A stretch of DNA of 64,000 bases from Planktothrix sp. GU0601_MAG3 (GCA_035193785.1 CP136572.1:128001-192000); one strand, 5' to 3'. Numbered from the stretch's first letter, positions 1 to 12,105 are shown. The notes: generated by a model not told the origin, from the sequence alone. Numbers and translations are program-made.

Positions 1-776
1 TTTTCAATTAGGCATTGAACGGGGGACGGCCATTGGGCAAAAATTGATTTTAACTCCCGTTGACGGTGCTCCGGTTCAACAATTGTTCCCCTAGCCATGG
101 GACAACCAAAGAAATAATAAAAGCGATTATTGCCAATGGGCATCATCGAGGCTCGTTTGCTTTCTCCTACATAAATTACCCAAGTATTTTTATCTCCTAA
201 ATCGGGATTAATTTCAATTAAACCATTCCAATTCACATAACCTGCATAACGCAATTCTACCGGATGACCGACCACATAATCCCGCAATTGAGAATGTATT
301 CCATCGGCGGCAATTAATAGGTCTCCTCGGGTTTGATATCCATTGGCAAAATAGGCGGTAACACCCTGGGCATCCTGTTCAACTCCAATACATTGAGCAT
401 TAAGTTTAACGGTTTCAATATTATTATTAAAGGCATTTAAAAGCAGGGATTGTAATTCCGTGCGAGACACGGGATAGGGCTGCTGTCCCACGGTTTCGGT
501 AACAGGATGGAGATTAATTTGATTGAATAATTTATCGGTATGACTGCGATATTCCATCCTATCCATCTGTCCGCCAATTTTGGCAATTTCATCCCCCAAC
601 CCCAAACTATTGAGAACTTTAACCCCATTTGACCAAATAGAAATGCCTGCCCCGGCGGGACGAATTTCGCTAGTTTTTTCATAAATTTCTACGGTATATC
701 CCGCCCGTTTTAGGGTTAAACCTGCGGTTAAACCACCAATTCCTGCACCGATAATAATAATTTTGAGATGATTCAT
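1..776 (-). CDS. hpxO: FAD-dependent urate hydroxylase HpxO-like monooxygenase (3' end beyond window edge)
   Basis: Manual translation from ATG at 776, missing from the ORF track: MNHLKIIIIGAGIGGLTAGLTLKRAGYTVEIYEKTSEIRPAGAGISIWSNG...LLIAADGIHS...RYAGYVNWNGL...YVGESKRASMMP. It has GxGxxG and DG motifs and stays open to position 1. Confidence 0.8.
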   Translation of the reverse strand, partial: MNHLKIIIIGAGIGGLTAGLTLKRAGYTVEIYEKTSEIRPAGAGISIWSNGVKVLNSLGLGDEIAKIGGQMDRMEYRSHTDKLFNQINLHPVTETVGQQPYPVSRTELQSLLLNAFNNNIETVKLNAQCIGVEQDAQGVTAYFANGYQTRGDLLIAADGIHSQLRDYVVGHPVELRYAGYVNWNGLIEINPDLGDKNTWVIYVGESKRASMMPIGNNRFYYFFGCPMARGTIVEPEHRQRELKSIFAQWPSPVQCLIE

Positions 777-780
777 AATT

Positions 781-1657
781 TTAAGGGTTAGAAGATGGTT
801 CTAGGGTGATTTGACTATAAATTTTTAAGGCGGAACTCCAAACTAAATAACCTTGTTGATTCAGATGTAAACCATCGGTGCTTAATTCCGGTTTTAAATT
901 GCCTTCTGCATCAATAAAAAGGGAATGTAAATTTAAAAAATAAGCCCCTTCTTCCTGGGCAATGAATTTTAACTCTTGATTTAATTTACGAATGCGTTGA
1001 TTAGAAATTTTTAATAGGCGCTCGCGGCCTTCCCAGTTAGAATTTTTATCGCTATGGGGAAGAATAGATTGCACCACAATTTGAGCATCGGGATGTACCC
1101 AACGTAAATCCCGAATAATTTCTCGATAATTATTTAATAAGGTGCTGTCATCTATGCCCCGAATTAAATCATTAATGCCAATCATCACAAAAATAGTTTC
1201 CGGTTCAGTAATATCAAATAATTTAACCCGCTTTAATAAGCCTGTGGAGGTTTCCCCAGAAATACCTTGATTTAACCAAGTTCTTTCTCTGGGTAAAAGT
1301 TCCGCCGGAAACCACAAACTTAGGGAATCTCCCGCCAAAATAGTTAGGTGTTCGGGGGGGTTTGTTGCTGCGGCATTGGCTTCGCGCCCCAACTGTTTCC
1401 ACCCATTGTTCATAAGTCCAGCGATGCCGGGGGATACCAGTATAATTCGTTAAAGCCGATTCTGGCGTTGATGGTACATCATGGGTTTGAACAACAACCG
1501 TGAGGGGCGATACAGAGGTGGCATCAGAAACAGATTGTCTGTGCATCAATCCCAGAATGATAAACAAGAATAATCCATTCCCAATTAGGGACATCCAAGC
1601 CCAATACGGAATTATTTTCGAGCGAATAAACACTGGATTCCAATGCTGCTTAAACAA
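781..1657 (-). CDS. SGNH/GDSL hydrolase with N-terminal membrane anchor (one +1 frameshift at ~1395-1399)
   Basis: GDSLS, NQGISG, GIND and DGLH blocks. ORFs 1223..1657 and 781..1413 join after removing one base. Confidence 0.85.
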
Positions 1658-1714
1658 AACTAACTCAGCCTAACCTGTTCATTTAATATTTAACCTTGCT
1701 TTCTTGCAATCTAC

Positions 1715-1744
1715 AAAAAATCCCCGGCTAGGAGAAGCCAGGGA
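1715..1744 (-). terminator. Rho-independent terminator of amt1
   Basis: Minus strand: CCCTGGCT-loop-AGCCGGGG followed by ATTTTTT, about 50 nt after the amt1 stop. Confidence 0.65.
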
Positions 1745-1796
1745 AGGAGTAGTGGGAGCACCGAATGCCCCCTAATAGCCGCTAATACCCGAAATA

Positions 1797-3308
1797 TTAG
1801 TAACGACTTTTGAAGACACTCCCTTCCGAGGGAAAGCTAGAACCAGAACTACCCAAACCTGGGCCAACTTCATCCTTGAGGAATCCGGCGTAGGCTTCCA
1901 TACCATGTTCGGCGATGTCCAATCCTTCAAATTCCTGTTCTGGATGCACCCGTAGGCCAACCGTGGCCTTCAGGGCTAACCAAAAAATCGTACTCAAGGC
2001 GACGGTAAATCCGCCAACGGTCAGAATACCCAGGATTTGGATACCCAAATTAGCACCACCGAAAACGCCCGCGGCTAAGGTGCCAAAAACTCCACAAACC
2101 AAGTGAACAGAGGTCGCACCCACGGGGTCATCAATTTTGATACTGTCAAAGAAACCCACGGAATAGACCACTATCACCCCAGCCATCGCCCCAATAATTA
2201 CGGCGCTCAGGTAGCTGACGGAATCACAACTGGCGGTAATTGCCACTAAACCCGCTAAAACTCCGTTAATAATCATGGATAAATCCGGTTTACCATCCTT
2301 AAACCAGGATGTGGCGGTGGCGGTGACGGCCCCGGCAGCGGCTGCTAAGTTGGTGGTAACGGCAATATAAGCAATTTGTTCATTGGCAGCCAAGGTGGAA
2401 CCGGGGTTGAAGCCAAACCAGCATACCCACAGGATTAAACATCCCAGGGTGGCGATACTCATGTTATGACCGGGAATGGCGCGAGATTGTCCATCGGCTC
2501 CATATCGACCCAAACGGGGGCCAAGGAAAGCAGCCCCCATTAATGCCGCCCAACCACCAACGGAGTGAACGGCAGTTGTTCCGGCAAAATCCTTGAATCC
2601 TGCTTGATATAACCAGCCCGAAGCATCCCAAATCCAGTGACCTGTGATGGGGTAAGCAATCCCAACCAGAAGTACACTAAAGATTAGAAAGGCAATAAAC
2701 TCAATTCGTTCAGCAACGGCTCCTGATACAATCGTGGCTGCGGTTCCAGCGAAGGCGACTTGGAACAGGAAGAATAAAGGAACCGGTAATCCGGCGGGAA
2801 AAGGGGCTAAACCATAGGTTTCTGGCTGTCCGGTGAGGAAATAACCACCGCCACCAATCAATGGGTTTTCCCCGCCAAACATAAAGGAAAATCCAAACCC
2901 CCAGAAAATCAGGGTGGCTAAGGCAAAGACAATTAGGTTTTTTGCTAAGACGTTAACGGCATTTTTTTGGCGACAGAAGCCGGTTTCTAACATACAGAAA
3001 CCAGCGTTCATAAAAATCACCAGAATCGAAGCGATTAAAACCCAGGCAGTGTTTAAATAACCCTGAACCATTTCCGCCGTCAGGGGAGGGGCATCTGTTT
3101 GAGCAACGGCCGCGAGACTCCAAACTCCAACGATAATCGCGGTTAAAGGAATACAGGCTAACCAAGTGGGAGACAGCCATCGAGAATGCTGTAATTTTAA
3201 AATCGCCCTATTGATTTTAGCTGTAAAACGACTAGCATTTGTGTGCCGTCGGTTTCCTTGATAGGTGGTTTTTTTCGAGATAAACATCATGTTGGGTTTA
3301 TGAATCAA
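1797..3308 (-). CDS. amt1: Ammonium transporter Amt1
   Basis: [48 protein letters not shown] motifs; intact ORF. Confidence 0.95.
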   Translation of the reverse strand: MIHKPNMMFISKKTTYQGNRRHTNASRFTAKINRAILKLQHSRWLSPTWLACIPLTAIIVGVWSLAAVAQTDAPPLTAEMVQGYLNTAWVLIASILVIFMNAGFCMLETGFCRQKNAVNVLAKNLIVFALATLIFWGFGFSFMFGGENPLIGGGGYFLTGQPETYGLAPFPAGLPVPLFFLFQVAFAGTAATIVSGAVAERIEFIAFLIFSVLLVGIAYPITGHWIWDASGWLYQAGFKDFAGTTAVHSVGGWAALMGAAFLGPRLGRYGADGQSRAIPGHNMSIATLGCLILWVCWFGFNPGSTLAANEQIAYIAVTTNLAAAAGAVTATATSWFKDGKPDLSMIINGVLAGLVAITASCDSVSYLSAVIIGAMAGVIVVYSVGFFDSIKIDDPVGATSVHLVCGVFGTLAAGVFGGANLGIQILGILTVGGFTVALSTIFWLALKATVGLRVHPEQEFEGLDIAEHGMEAYAGFLKDEVGPGLGSSGSSFPSEGSVFKSRY

Positions 3309-3389
3309 TATTAGTAGGAGAAATCAACTGCACACATCTATGGAAATTGGCTACAGATAAATCAAGGTTTTTGATGCTGAATCTTTAGC

Positions 3390-3503
3390 TATAGCACTAC
3401 GCACTTTGAGAACAGGGAACACCGGAATGGTAAGCAGTGGAAAGTAATCAGTGAATGAGTTTGCTGGATTTAGGGGTGTCCTAACTGTCATGCGTAGCAC
3501 CAT
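3390..3503. mobile_element. Degenerate MITE-like element (TATAGCA end type) in the amt1 upstream region
   Basis: TATAGCACTACGCA at the left end, TGCGTAGCACCAT at the right (imperfect inverted). Internal GTCCTAAC is shared with the element at 7889-7989. Confidence 0.5.
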
Positions 3504-3544
3504 GGAGTGCTAACAATTTTTGATAGATTGTTAATCTAATTTCT

Positions 3545-3558
3545 GTATCAAGAAGTAC
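3545..3558 (-). promoter_or_regulatory. NtcA box upstream of amt1
   Basis: T-GTATCAAGAAGTAC-A is a perfect GTA-N8-TAC upstream of an ammonium transporter. Confidence 0.75.
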
Positions 3559-3613
3559 AGTTTTTTGGTGATTTTCGATAACATAGAAGGGTTGGGTTAT
3601 GGGTCAATAGGGG

Positions 3614-6299
3614 TCAACTGTCAATGGTCAAAAGCCGTTCACTGGTTTCCTGAACCTTGGACTCCAGGATTTGTTTGACCGGAATCTCAATCAAAAATTT
3701 AGTGTATTTCCCCACTTCCGACTCGCACCAGATTCGACCTTTATGGTGTTCGACGATAATTTGATAGCTAATGGATAATCCTAAACCTGTGCCTTTTCCT
3801 ACGGGTTTAGTAGTAAAAAATGGGTCAAATAGTTTAGAACGAATCTCTTTAGGAATCCCCAAACCATTATCAGAAATTTCGACAATAATTTGTTGGTGAT
3901 TCACCGATAGGGTTCTAATCGAAATTTGCGGTTGAATCCTAGATTTATCACAGGATATCAGAGAAAACTTATCCTGCATCATCGAATCATGGAGGGCATC
4001 AATGGCATTACTAATCAGATTCATAAATACCTGATTTAGTGGCCCGGGATAGCATTCAACTAAGGGAATATTCCCATATTCCTTAATCACTTCAATTCCG
4101 GTTAATTTCCCCTGGGCTTTGAGTTTGGTTTTCAAAATCATCAAGGTACTTTCTAATCCATCATGGAGACTTACCTGTTTTAATTCGGCTTCGTCATGGC
4201 GAGAAAAGGTTCTTAAAGAACGCACAATATCCCGAATCCGGTCAGCCCCTACCTGCATAGATTCGACAATTTTGGGAAAATCTTCCTTGAGAAATTCCAA
4301 ATCAATGGATTCAATCTCTTGCTGAATTTTAACACTCGGATTAGCATATTCTTTTTGATAAATATCTAATAAATTCAGCACATCCCGGGTGTAATTTGTG
4401 GCGTGAATTAAATTACCATAAACAAAATTAACCGGATTATTAATTTCGTGGGCAACTCCCGCCACTAATTGACCCAAACTCGACATTTTTTCGCTTTGAA
4501 TCAGTTGAATTTGAGTGTGTTTAAGTTCTTTAAGGGTATTTTTAAGTTGGTCATTTTTTCGCTTTAACTCCAGAGAAGTTTTTAACCTTTCTTCGGCTTG
4601 TTGTAGGGCTTCTTCCGCCCGTTTATGGGCAGATAAATCCCGAAAGGTTCCCATATAAAACGATTGATAGCCGAATTTAGCTTGATTAATTGTGGCTTCT
4701 AGGGGAAAACAAGAACCATCCGCCCGACGACCCACAACCTCTTGACGTCCTTGCAATAGGCATTTTTCCAATAGGGTTTTCTGCTCTTGAATCTGGGAAG
4801 TTGGCCAGTCCAATAAATGTAGTATCGACGTGCCAATTAATTCCGTCGCCGAATATCCAAAGATGGCTTCCGCACTAGGATTAGTCCTTAAAATTTCTCC
4901 CGATGGATTACTAAAGGTAATCATGGCATCCGTGGCATTTTCAATAATAGCCTCGGTTTGGTTTAGGGAATCTTCTAAGGTTTGCATGACTTGGTTATAA
5001 CGAAAGCCAATTTGACCGACTTCGGTAAATGGATTTTCAGGAACCCGACGTTTAAAGTCTTGGGTACGGGCTTGATATTCCATGACTTCAAACAAATCAT
5101 AAACTTCCGTTTTGGCTCCATGTTCAGAAATATTTAATCCCCTGGTTTCTGCCTCCAGAGAAACCCGCAATGGGAAATAACGATTAATGGTGTATAAAAC
5201 CAGCCAGGTTAAGCCAAATCCCCAAACAAAAGATACCCCAATTCCTAATAATTGAACTAGCAATTGTTCCGTGCGGGATAACCCGGTATTCAGGAGATGG
5301 AGATTGCCAAACAAACCCACGGCGAGGGTTCCCCAAACTCCACCCCCCGCATGAACCGCAATCGCATCAACGGCATCATCAATGCGCCACCGTTGCAAGG
5401 TGATGGACACTAACACCATAACGGCGGCACCCACCCCACCAATTAAGGGAGCCAGGGGCGTCGAAATTACATGGGAAGATGCGGTAATGGCGACTAAACC
5501 CGCCAAGGAACCATTAATAATCAGTTCCACCTCCGGGCGGCGATGCAATACCCAGCCAAAAACCGCCCCGACCAACATTCCCGACGTCCCGGCTAAGATA
5601 GTATTCACAATCACCGTGGCGACTCGAACATCTAAATGTAAATAACTGCCCCCGTTGAATCCTAACCACCCTAACCACAACAACATCGCCCCCAATACGG
5701 ATAACTGAAGGTTAGAGCCGCGCATTTCTTGAGGGGGTTTATCGGGGGTAAATCGTCCCAACCTGGGCCCAATTACTAATAGAAACCGCCAAAGAAACCC
5801 ATCCGCCAATACTGTGAACAATCGTAGACCCTGCAAAATCTATAAACCCCATTTTTCCTAACCATCCGATTAAATGGTTAGTTTCAATCCCATTCCAGGC
5901 CCAATGACCAAAGATGGGGTAAATAATCCCGGAGGTTAAGGCCGCGACTAATAAATATGCTCCAAACTTCATCCTTTCCGCCGATGCCCCTGAAACGATT
6001 GTCGTGGCGGTACTGCAAAACATAGCTTCAAACAGAAAAAATGCGGCTTGCCCCGGATTCGAGGTGGTATCAAAAAAGAAAGCCTGGGGGTCAATCCCGC
6101 CCATAGCCGCCCTGCTAAACATAATGGCATAGCCAAAGGCCCAAAACAAGGCCACGGAAATGCCAAAGTCAGCAAGATTTTTGACGGCAACATTAATACT
6201 ATTTTTGGAACGGGTCAAACCCGACTCCAAACACATAAATCCGGGCTGCATCAAAAAGACTAAGCCCGAACAGACCAGCAGCCAGAGAATATCAATCAC
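3614..6299 (-). CDS. Ammonium transporter-HAMP-like-PAS-histidine kinase fusion (~894 aa; +1 frameshift at 5782-5786)
   Basis: Amt motifs ([36 protein letters not shown]), then PAS, H-box [34 protein letters not shown]. The join restores [16 protein letters not shown]. Confidence 0.9.
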
Positions 6300-6328
6300 T
6301 GAATTATTGGTTACTCAATCAGCCTGAA

Positions 6329-6370
6329 ATTATCTCAATTTATCTTAGGAGTTTTTGTGGACTTTGATAC
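6329..6370 (-). promoter_or_regulatory. Putative NtcA-activated promoter of the Amt-kinase gene
   Basis: Minus strand: GTATCAAAGTCCAC (GTA-N8-CAC, 6370-6357), exactly 22 nt, then GATAAT (6334-6329). Each element has one mismatch. Confidence 0.45.
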
Positions 6371-6478
6371 CGTTACGCGATAAGCGTTGATTTTACGGGG
6401 CTAAAACTAGAATTTGGTAGCTAAAAAGCTGGATTTTAGGGCCAAAAATCTGAAATTAGAAAAAAAATATTTTAGGTG

Positions 6479-6508
6479 TTGACAAATGTTACCCGGTTTG
6501 GGTAGAGT
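6479..6508 (+). promoter_or_regulatory. Sigma70-type promoter of the Yfr2-like RNA
   Basis: TTGACA (6479-6484), 18 nt, TAGAGT (6503-6508), 7 nt before the RNA 5' motif. Confidence 0.7.
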
Positions 6509-6515
6509 AACAAGC

Positions 6516-6638
6516 GTGTGAGGAGCGAACCAGTTAAGGACACCGAGACGAAACACGGCCAGTCGCCGGTGTCCTTTCTGACCAAAAGGAAACATACGTT
6601 CTTTGATAAAACTCTAATTTTGAAGAATTTATCGAGAT
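6516..6638 (+). ncRNA. yfr2: Yfr2-family cyanobacterial ncRNA (3' end approximate)
   Basis: 5' GTGTGAGGAG; stem AAGGACACCG (6536-6545)/CGGTGTCCTT (6567-6576) with GAAACACGG in the loop; second GGAAACATAC; weak 3' hairpin. Matches Yfr2 hallmarks as I recall them. Confidence 0.75.
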
Positions 6639-6762
6639 TAGATGAATATTGCTGCATTTAAGGTGGCGATTTATCAAGTTTTTAGCTATTTGTGGTTGGC
6701 TATTTTGAACCCTGGCTTTGTTATGGGATTATAAAATAGTAATATTCAAAAATTTCTCCTGA

Positions 6763-7887
6763 ATGACCCAGTATTTTGCCACGGTTGCCAAGGGTTTAGA
6801 ATTTGTTGCTGCTCAAGAATTAGAAGGTTTAGGCGCCCATGATGTTCGTCCTGATTTTGCGGGGGTTCATTTCACCGGTTCCCGCCAACTGCTTTATCGA
6901 GTTAATCTTTGGGGAAGAACTATATTTCGGGTTTTAGTTCCTATTGCTGAGTTTCCCTGTGCCAATGGGGAGCAATTGTATCAGGAAATTCAGAATATTA
7001 ATTGGAATGACTATTTATCGCCCCTGAATACCTTTGCTGTTAATTGTACGGGCAAAAATGACATTTTAAACCATACCCATTTTACCGCCTTACAAGTCAA
7101 GAATGCAATTATTGATCAACAGCGTTTGGAATTTGGAGAACGGTCGGATATTGATATTAATAATCCCGATTTATGGATTAATCTTCACATCCATGAAGAC
7201 CAAGGGATTCTCAGTTTAGATAGTTCTGGAACCAGTTTACATCGCCGGGGATATCGTCCGGCCGTGGGAATTGCTCCTTTGAAAGAAACTCTAGCCGCAG
7301 CCCTATTAGATATGGCAGAATGGCATCCTGATTTACCTTTTTTAGATCCTTTATGTGGGTCGGGAACTTTACCAATAGAAGCAAGTTTAAAAGCCTTAAA
7401 TATTGCCCCCGGACTATTCCGAGAAACCTTTGGGTTTATGAAGTGGAAAGATTTTGATTCCAAATTGTGGGAAAGTCTAAAACAGGATGCTTTAGATGCA
7501 AAATTAACCACCTTAACCGCCCCAATTGTGGGTTCAGACCAGGATGAGGATGTGATTTATCAAGCCTCGGAAAATGCTCGTCGCTCCGGCGTTGCTGAAC
7601 AAATTCGGTTACAACAAATGGAGTTATCTGAGGTGGAAGCTCCGGCGAATCATGGGGTAATTATTTGTAATCCTCCCTATGGGGAACGCTTGGGAGATGC
7701 GGAGGAATTGGGTGCTTTATATAAACAGTTGGGAGATACTTTTAAACAACGGTTTAAGGGCTGGACGGCTTATATTCTGACGGGAAATAAAGCATTAGGA
7801 AAACAAGTTGGTTTGAGAACGGCTCGGAGAATTGCTGTTTATAATGGGGCCTTACCTTGTACTTTATTAAAGTATGAGCTTTATTAA
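6763..7887 (+). CDS. THUMP-domain class I SAM-dependent RNA methyltransferase (RlmL-like)
   Basis: SLHRRGYR, APLKETLAAA, DPLCGSGT, NPPYGERL motifs. Confidence 0.9.
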   Translation: MTQYFATVAKGLEFVAAQELEGLGAHDVRPDFAGVHFTGSRQLLYRVNLWGRTIFRVLVPIAEFPCANGEQLYQEIQNINWNDYLSPLNTFAVNCTGKNDILNHTHFTALQVKNAIIDQQRLEFGERSDIDINNPDLWINLHIHEDQGILSLDSSGTSLHRRGYRPAVGIAPLKETLAAALLDMAEWHPDLPFLDPLCGSGTLPIEASLKALNIAPGLFRETFGFMKWKDFDSKLWESLKQDALDAKLTTLTAPIVGSDQDEDVIYQASENARRSGVAEQIRLQQMELSEVEAPANHGVIICNPPYGERLGDAEELGALYKQLGDTFKQRFKGWTAYILTGNKALGKQVGLRTARRIAVYNGALPCTLLKYELY

Positions 7888-7888
7888 T

Positions 7889-7989
7889 TATAGCAAACAA
7901 CAGGCAACAGAACCGTTTATAATTCATGTTTCACCAGTTAAGGTTTGCTGTGTCAGTCTTTGTCCTAACCTTTAGGCGCGGTTGCTATA
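7889..7989. mobile_element. MITE-like element with TATAGCAA/TTGCTATA ends (IS630-type ends)
   Basis: Perfect 8-bp terminal inverted repeat; 101 bp, non-coding, directly after a stop codon. Confidence 0.55.
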
Positions 7990-8038
7990 TAAAGCCCTTG
8001 AATAATACCGATAAACCCGGAATCAATTGATTTAATTA

Positions 8039-8834
8039 ATGGGGAAAAATATGAAAAAAACTTTAGACTTAATCGGTTTAAATTGGAGTTTCAAAACATT
8101 ATTTTCTTCTGATGTTAGACGATATTTAAAGGTTATAAAAACGGGGGTTTTAGATCGGTTATCGGGACAAAGGAGGCAGTTTGTTAAACAAAAAATTATG
8201 ACTGTTGAAGAACAGCAAGATTTTAGAGAACAAATTAAAATCGTTCAAAGGGTTAAAAAAACTAGCTATTTTGAGAATAAAAGACATAATTTAGCAACGG
8301 CGATCGCTCAAATTGAAAATATTTTAATTCCACCGGGCGAAATTTTTTCCTTTTGGTATTTAGTCGGAGAAACCCAATATAAAAAATGGTTATCGAGAAG
8401 GACGAGCTATTGTTAATAATCAACTAAAATCCGATGTCGGTGGCGGTTTGTGTCAACTCTCTGGACTGATTTATTATTTAATCTTAAAAGCGGGTTTCAT
8501 CCCTTTAGAAAGATATCCTCATTCCCAAGATATTTATACGGAGGAAACTCGGTTTGCTCCCCTAGGGTCGGACGCAACGGTGGTTTACGGATATAAAGAT
8601 CTGCGGTTTAAAAATACTTTATCTGTTCCTATTTGTTTTCGATTTTATTTGTTTGAGGAAGAAATCATCGGATGCTTATGTTCTTCAGAAACCCTAGAAG
8701 AATTTAATATTGAATTTAGAATTGAAGCGCAACAAGAATTCAAAAAAGTGGATACAATTCGTTGGAATAAAACTGGAGATCAATTCACTTTAATTACTTC
8801 TAATTTCTACCCTAGTTTAATAGCTGAAGATTAA
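8039..8834 (+). CDS. VanW-family protein (+1 frameshift at 8369-8373)
   Basis: ILIPPGEIFSFW, GGGLCQLS, ERYPHS, GSDATVVYGYKDLRFKN. Confidence 0.8.
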
Positions 8835-8895
8835 CAATGATATTTGAACACAACTCAAATAGGATTGCTATAGGTATAGGTTAATTATTTTTAGT

Positions 8896-10004
8896 TTAAG
8901 TTTCACAAGAAAATAGGGATAAAAATATTCGCACAATGGTTGTTTTCCCTGGAGTGCTTTCAATTTCCATATCCCCTTGATAAAACTGAACTAAACGCTT
9001 CACCAGAATTAATCCTAATCCAGAGCCTTGCTGCTCATAAATATGGCGTTCAAATTGTTGATAAGCACCGATTCTAGCAATCTGTTCTGCGGTCATTCCT
9101 CGTCCTGAGTTAATGAATTCAAGACAATAACGATTCATTGTTTTATACCCTTTCACCGAGATTAGATTATTAGAATCAGAGAATTTTATGGCATTATCAA
9201 TTAATTCTTCTGTGATTTTATTAAAAATTTCTTCAGGAATATTAAGAGCTAATTTTTCTATTTCAAAATATAATTTATGCTCAATACAACTACTTTCTTT
9301 GATTTTCTTTTGAATCACATTTTTAATTAAAATTTCTGGGTCTGATATCGATCCTTTCGGAAAATATTTAAGTCGTTGCGGATCTCGGTTGAGTAATTCC
9401 AAATCCGCATAGAGGAGAAAATTACAGGTTAGTCGATATAAACGGGTTGCAGAGATACTAATATTTTCTAACATCTCTTGAATTTCATTCGGTGACATTT
9501 CCTCAAAATCCGACATTAATAGTTGTGTTGTCCCGATGATTCCATTCAAAGGAGTTCTTAACTCATGGGGGAGAAATAGGGTAATATTATTACGCAATTC
9601 ATCCAATTGTTCTTGATTCTTTTTTTCAAAGGTTTCATGTTTTTGAATACGACTGCGAATGGTTGCTAATAAATCCTGATGTGTAAAGGGTTTTGTTAAA
9701 TAATCATCCGCCCCCAAGTTCATACCCTGTCGTAAATCAGTGCTGGTTGATTTAGCAGTTAAAAATATAAAAGGAATAGTTGCCGTAGTCGGATGAGCTT
9801 TTAATTCTCCTAATACCTGATACCCGTCTAATTCCGGCATCATCACATCACAAATAATTAAATCGGGCAAAATTTCTTTGGCCAGTTTTCTACCCCGGTT
9901 TTCCCATCTTCAGCACCAACTCCTAAAAATTCTTCAGCTTCGAGAATATCTAAAATAATAGATCGAACATTCAGATCATCTTCAATAACTAATATTTTTT
10001 TCAT
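8896..10004 (-). CDS. Receiver-histidine kinase hybrid (frameshift at 9885-9890)
   Basis: Manual start at 10004, MKKILVIEDD; PDLIICDVMMP, LTAK, KPF, HELRTPL, DNAIKFS, GSGLGL. Confidence 0.9.
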
Positions 10005-11806
10005 AGGGGAAAATGACGGTTATCGTTGTACCTACATTAATTTTACTCTGGACTTGAATTATCCCACCTTGAATCTCAACTGATTTTTTGACAATGGTTA
10101 ACCCTAACCCAGTACCTGGAATTACACCTACGTTTTTAGCCCGATGAAATGGTTCAAATAAATGTTCTTGGTCTTCTTGGGGAATACCTATACCTTCATC
10201 TTTTAGGGTTAAAATCACTTGATTTTGATTATAATTTAAGTGTAATTCTATATTTCCCCCCGGAGGAGAGTATTTGATCGCATTACTAATTAAGTTATAT
10301 AAAATATGTCGTAATAGTCTTTCATCTAAATATACCGAATTATTGATCAAATTTGAAGTATCTTTTTCAGGGGGAATAAAACGCAGATATTTTGTTTCTT
10401 TTAAACTAATTTTCATTTCTTGAATCATCCCACAACAAAAGTTTTCTAAATTAATTAAACTCGGTTGAAAAGGGATTTTTTGAGCTTCTCCTTGACCAAT
10501 AAATAATACTTGATTTAAAAGTTCTGTCAGATGATGAACCGTTGTTTGAATTCTTTGTAGATAGATTAATTTTTTTTCTTCATCCCATTTACAACTATAA
10601 TATTCTAAGGCTTCTGCCGAGGCTAAAATCGTGGTTAAAGGAGTACGAAATTCATGGGAAATCATGGATACAAAACTAGATTTAAGTTGATTTAGTTCCT
10701 TTTCCTGGTCTAGTGCTTTTTGAATTTCTGCTTCAGAATATTTACGTTGAGTAATATCTTTAATATCTCCTTCATAGGCGATAATTTTTCCCCTAGAATC
10801 CCTAATAACTCTGGCATTTTCAGAAATCCAAATAATACTTCCATCATGGCGATAAACCTCAGACTCAAATCCTAAAACCGTTCCTTGTTTCACTCATCAG
10901 ACGAACAAATTCTTCTCGACGTTGAGGATTAACATAAATTTGATCTGGGATATAGGAAAGATTCTGCATCAAATCTTCCGGGGATGAATAGCCATAGATA
11001 CGGGCGAGGGCTGGATTGGCACTAATAAAACGTCCGGCGGGAGTAGATTGAAATAACCCCTCCAGAGAATTTTCAAAAATGCTGCGATATTTTGCTTCTG
11101 TTAGTGCTAGTTGTTCATAGGCTTGTTCTAATTTCTGCCGCGAGTTAAACCAAGTTCTTTGTAAATGTTCATATAGATAAACCGATAGATTACAAATTAA
11201 ACAAGTCCAGAATAAAAATAATAATAACATTAGGGAATCATAGTTAGGAGGAATAACTTTATTGCCGAGTAATTGATTGATGCCAAAGTAATATCCTAAG
11301 ATAATTAATTGTGATGTTAAATGCCAAATTAAACGCACCGGAATTAATGTGGCTTGACTGACAAAGGTTAATACCCAGGCAAATAAATCAGGCTGGACAT
11401 TTTCATTAATGGTTTGAATAATTTGTTTACTGAGTTCTAGGGAAATTCCTAATCCTAAAAATAGAAATTTTAGATGGTAGTATCCCCAGGATGTTTTTAA
11501 TAATTTTAAACAAATTAATAACCCTAATAAAGTAAATATTTGCAAATATAAATTTTGATAAATAAAAGGCTCTCCCCAAAAAATTAAGCGTAAAAAATCA
11601 ATAAAAATGGCATTAAAATAAATACATATTCCCAACGAAAACGCAAGCTGTAACCGCGCCAGCAAAAAATTATTTCGCCACCGTTCATAGGACAAATCAT
11701 TAAGATTATTTTCATATTCAGGAACAACATTAACAGATTTTAAATAATTTAAAAAACGTTGAATAACCCGTAAATATATCAGTTGATTCCTAAGTGATTT
11801 AAACAT
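9982..11806 (-). CDS. Multi-TM PAS sensor histidine kinase (+1 frameshift at 10887-10891)
   Basis: Hydrophobic N-terminal half, PAS (YRSIFENSLEG...), SHEFRTPL, NAIKYS, GTGLGL. Confidence 0.9.
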
Positions 11807-12105
11807 TGATCAATTTCAAGGTTAATGCTACATTGTCCATTTAACCCTGTTTTGCCACTTTTAGGGAAAACCCCAATTTTCCCTAGGCTAAAAAATAGTA
11901 ACTGTGTTCCAATACCCCAAAATTAAAAAAGATGGAATAGGGCAACCCCGCCTGGTGGTTGGGACAAGGTTTCCTCCGCTTTCGCAAGGGTAAACCTTGT
12001 CCCAGGGTAAATGAGTAGGGGGTAGGGGATCGGGTACCGAATCCATGTCCTCAACCCTAAGCCTTATGGCTAATGCCATACGGTCAAAAGAAATAGAAAA
12101 ATGCG

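Noticed and set aside
437..682. 81-aa ORF
   Set aside because: Alternative frame inside hpxO.
11888..12105. C-terminal extension of SsuE in the ORF track
   Set aside because: It disappears on removing one base at 12126-12130, which gives a normal-length protein.
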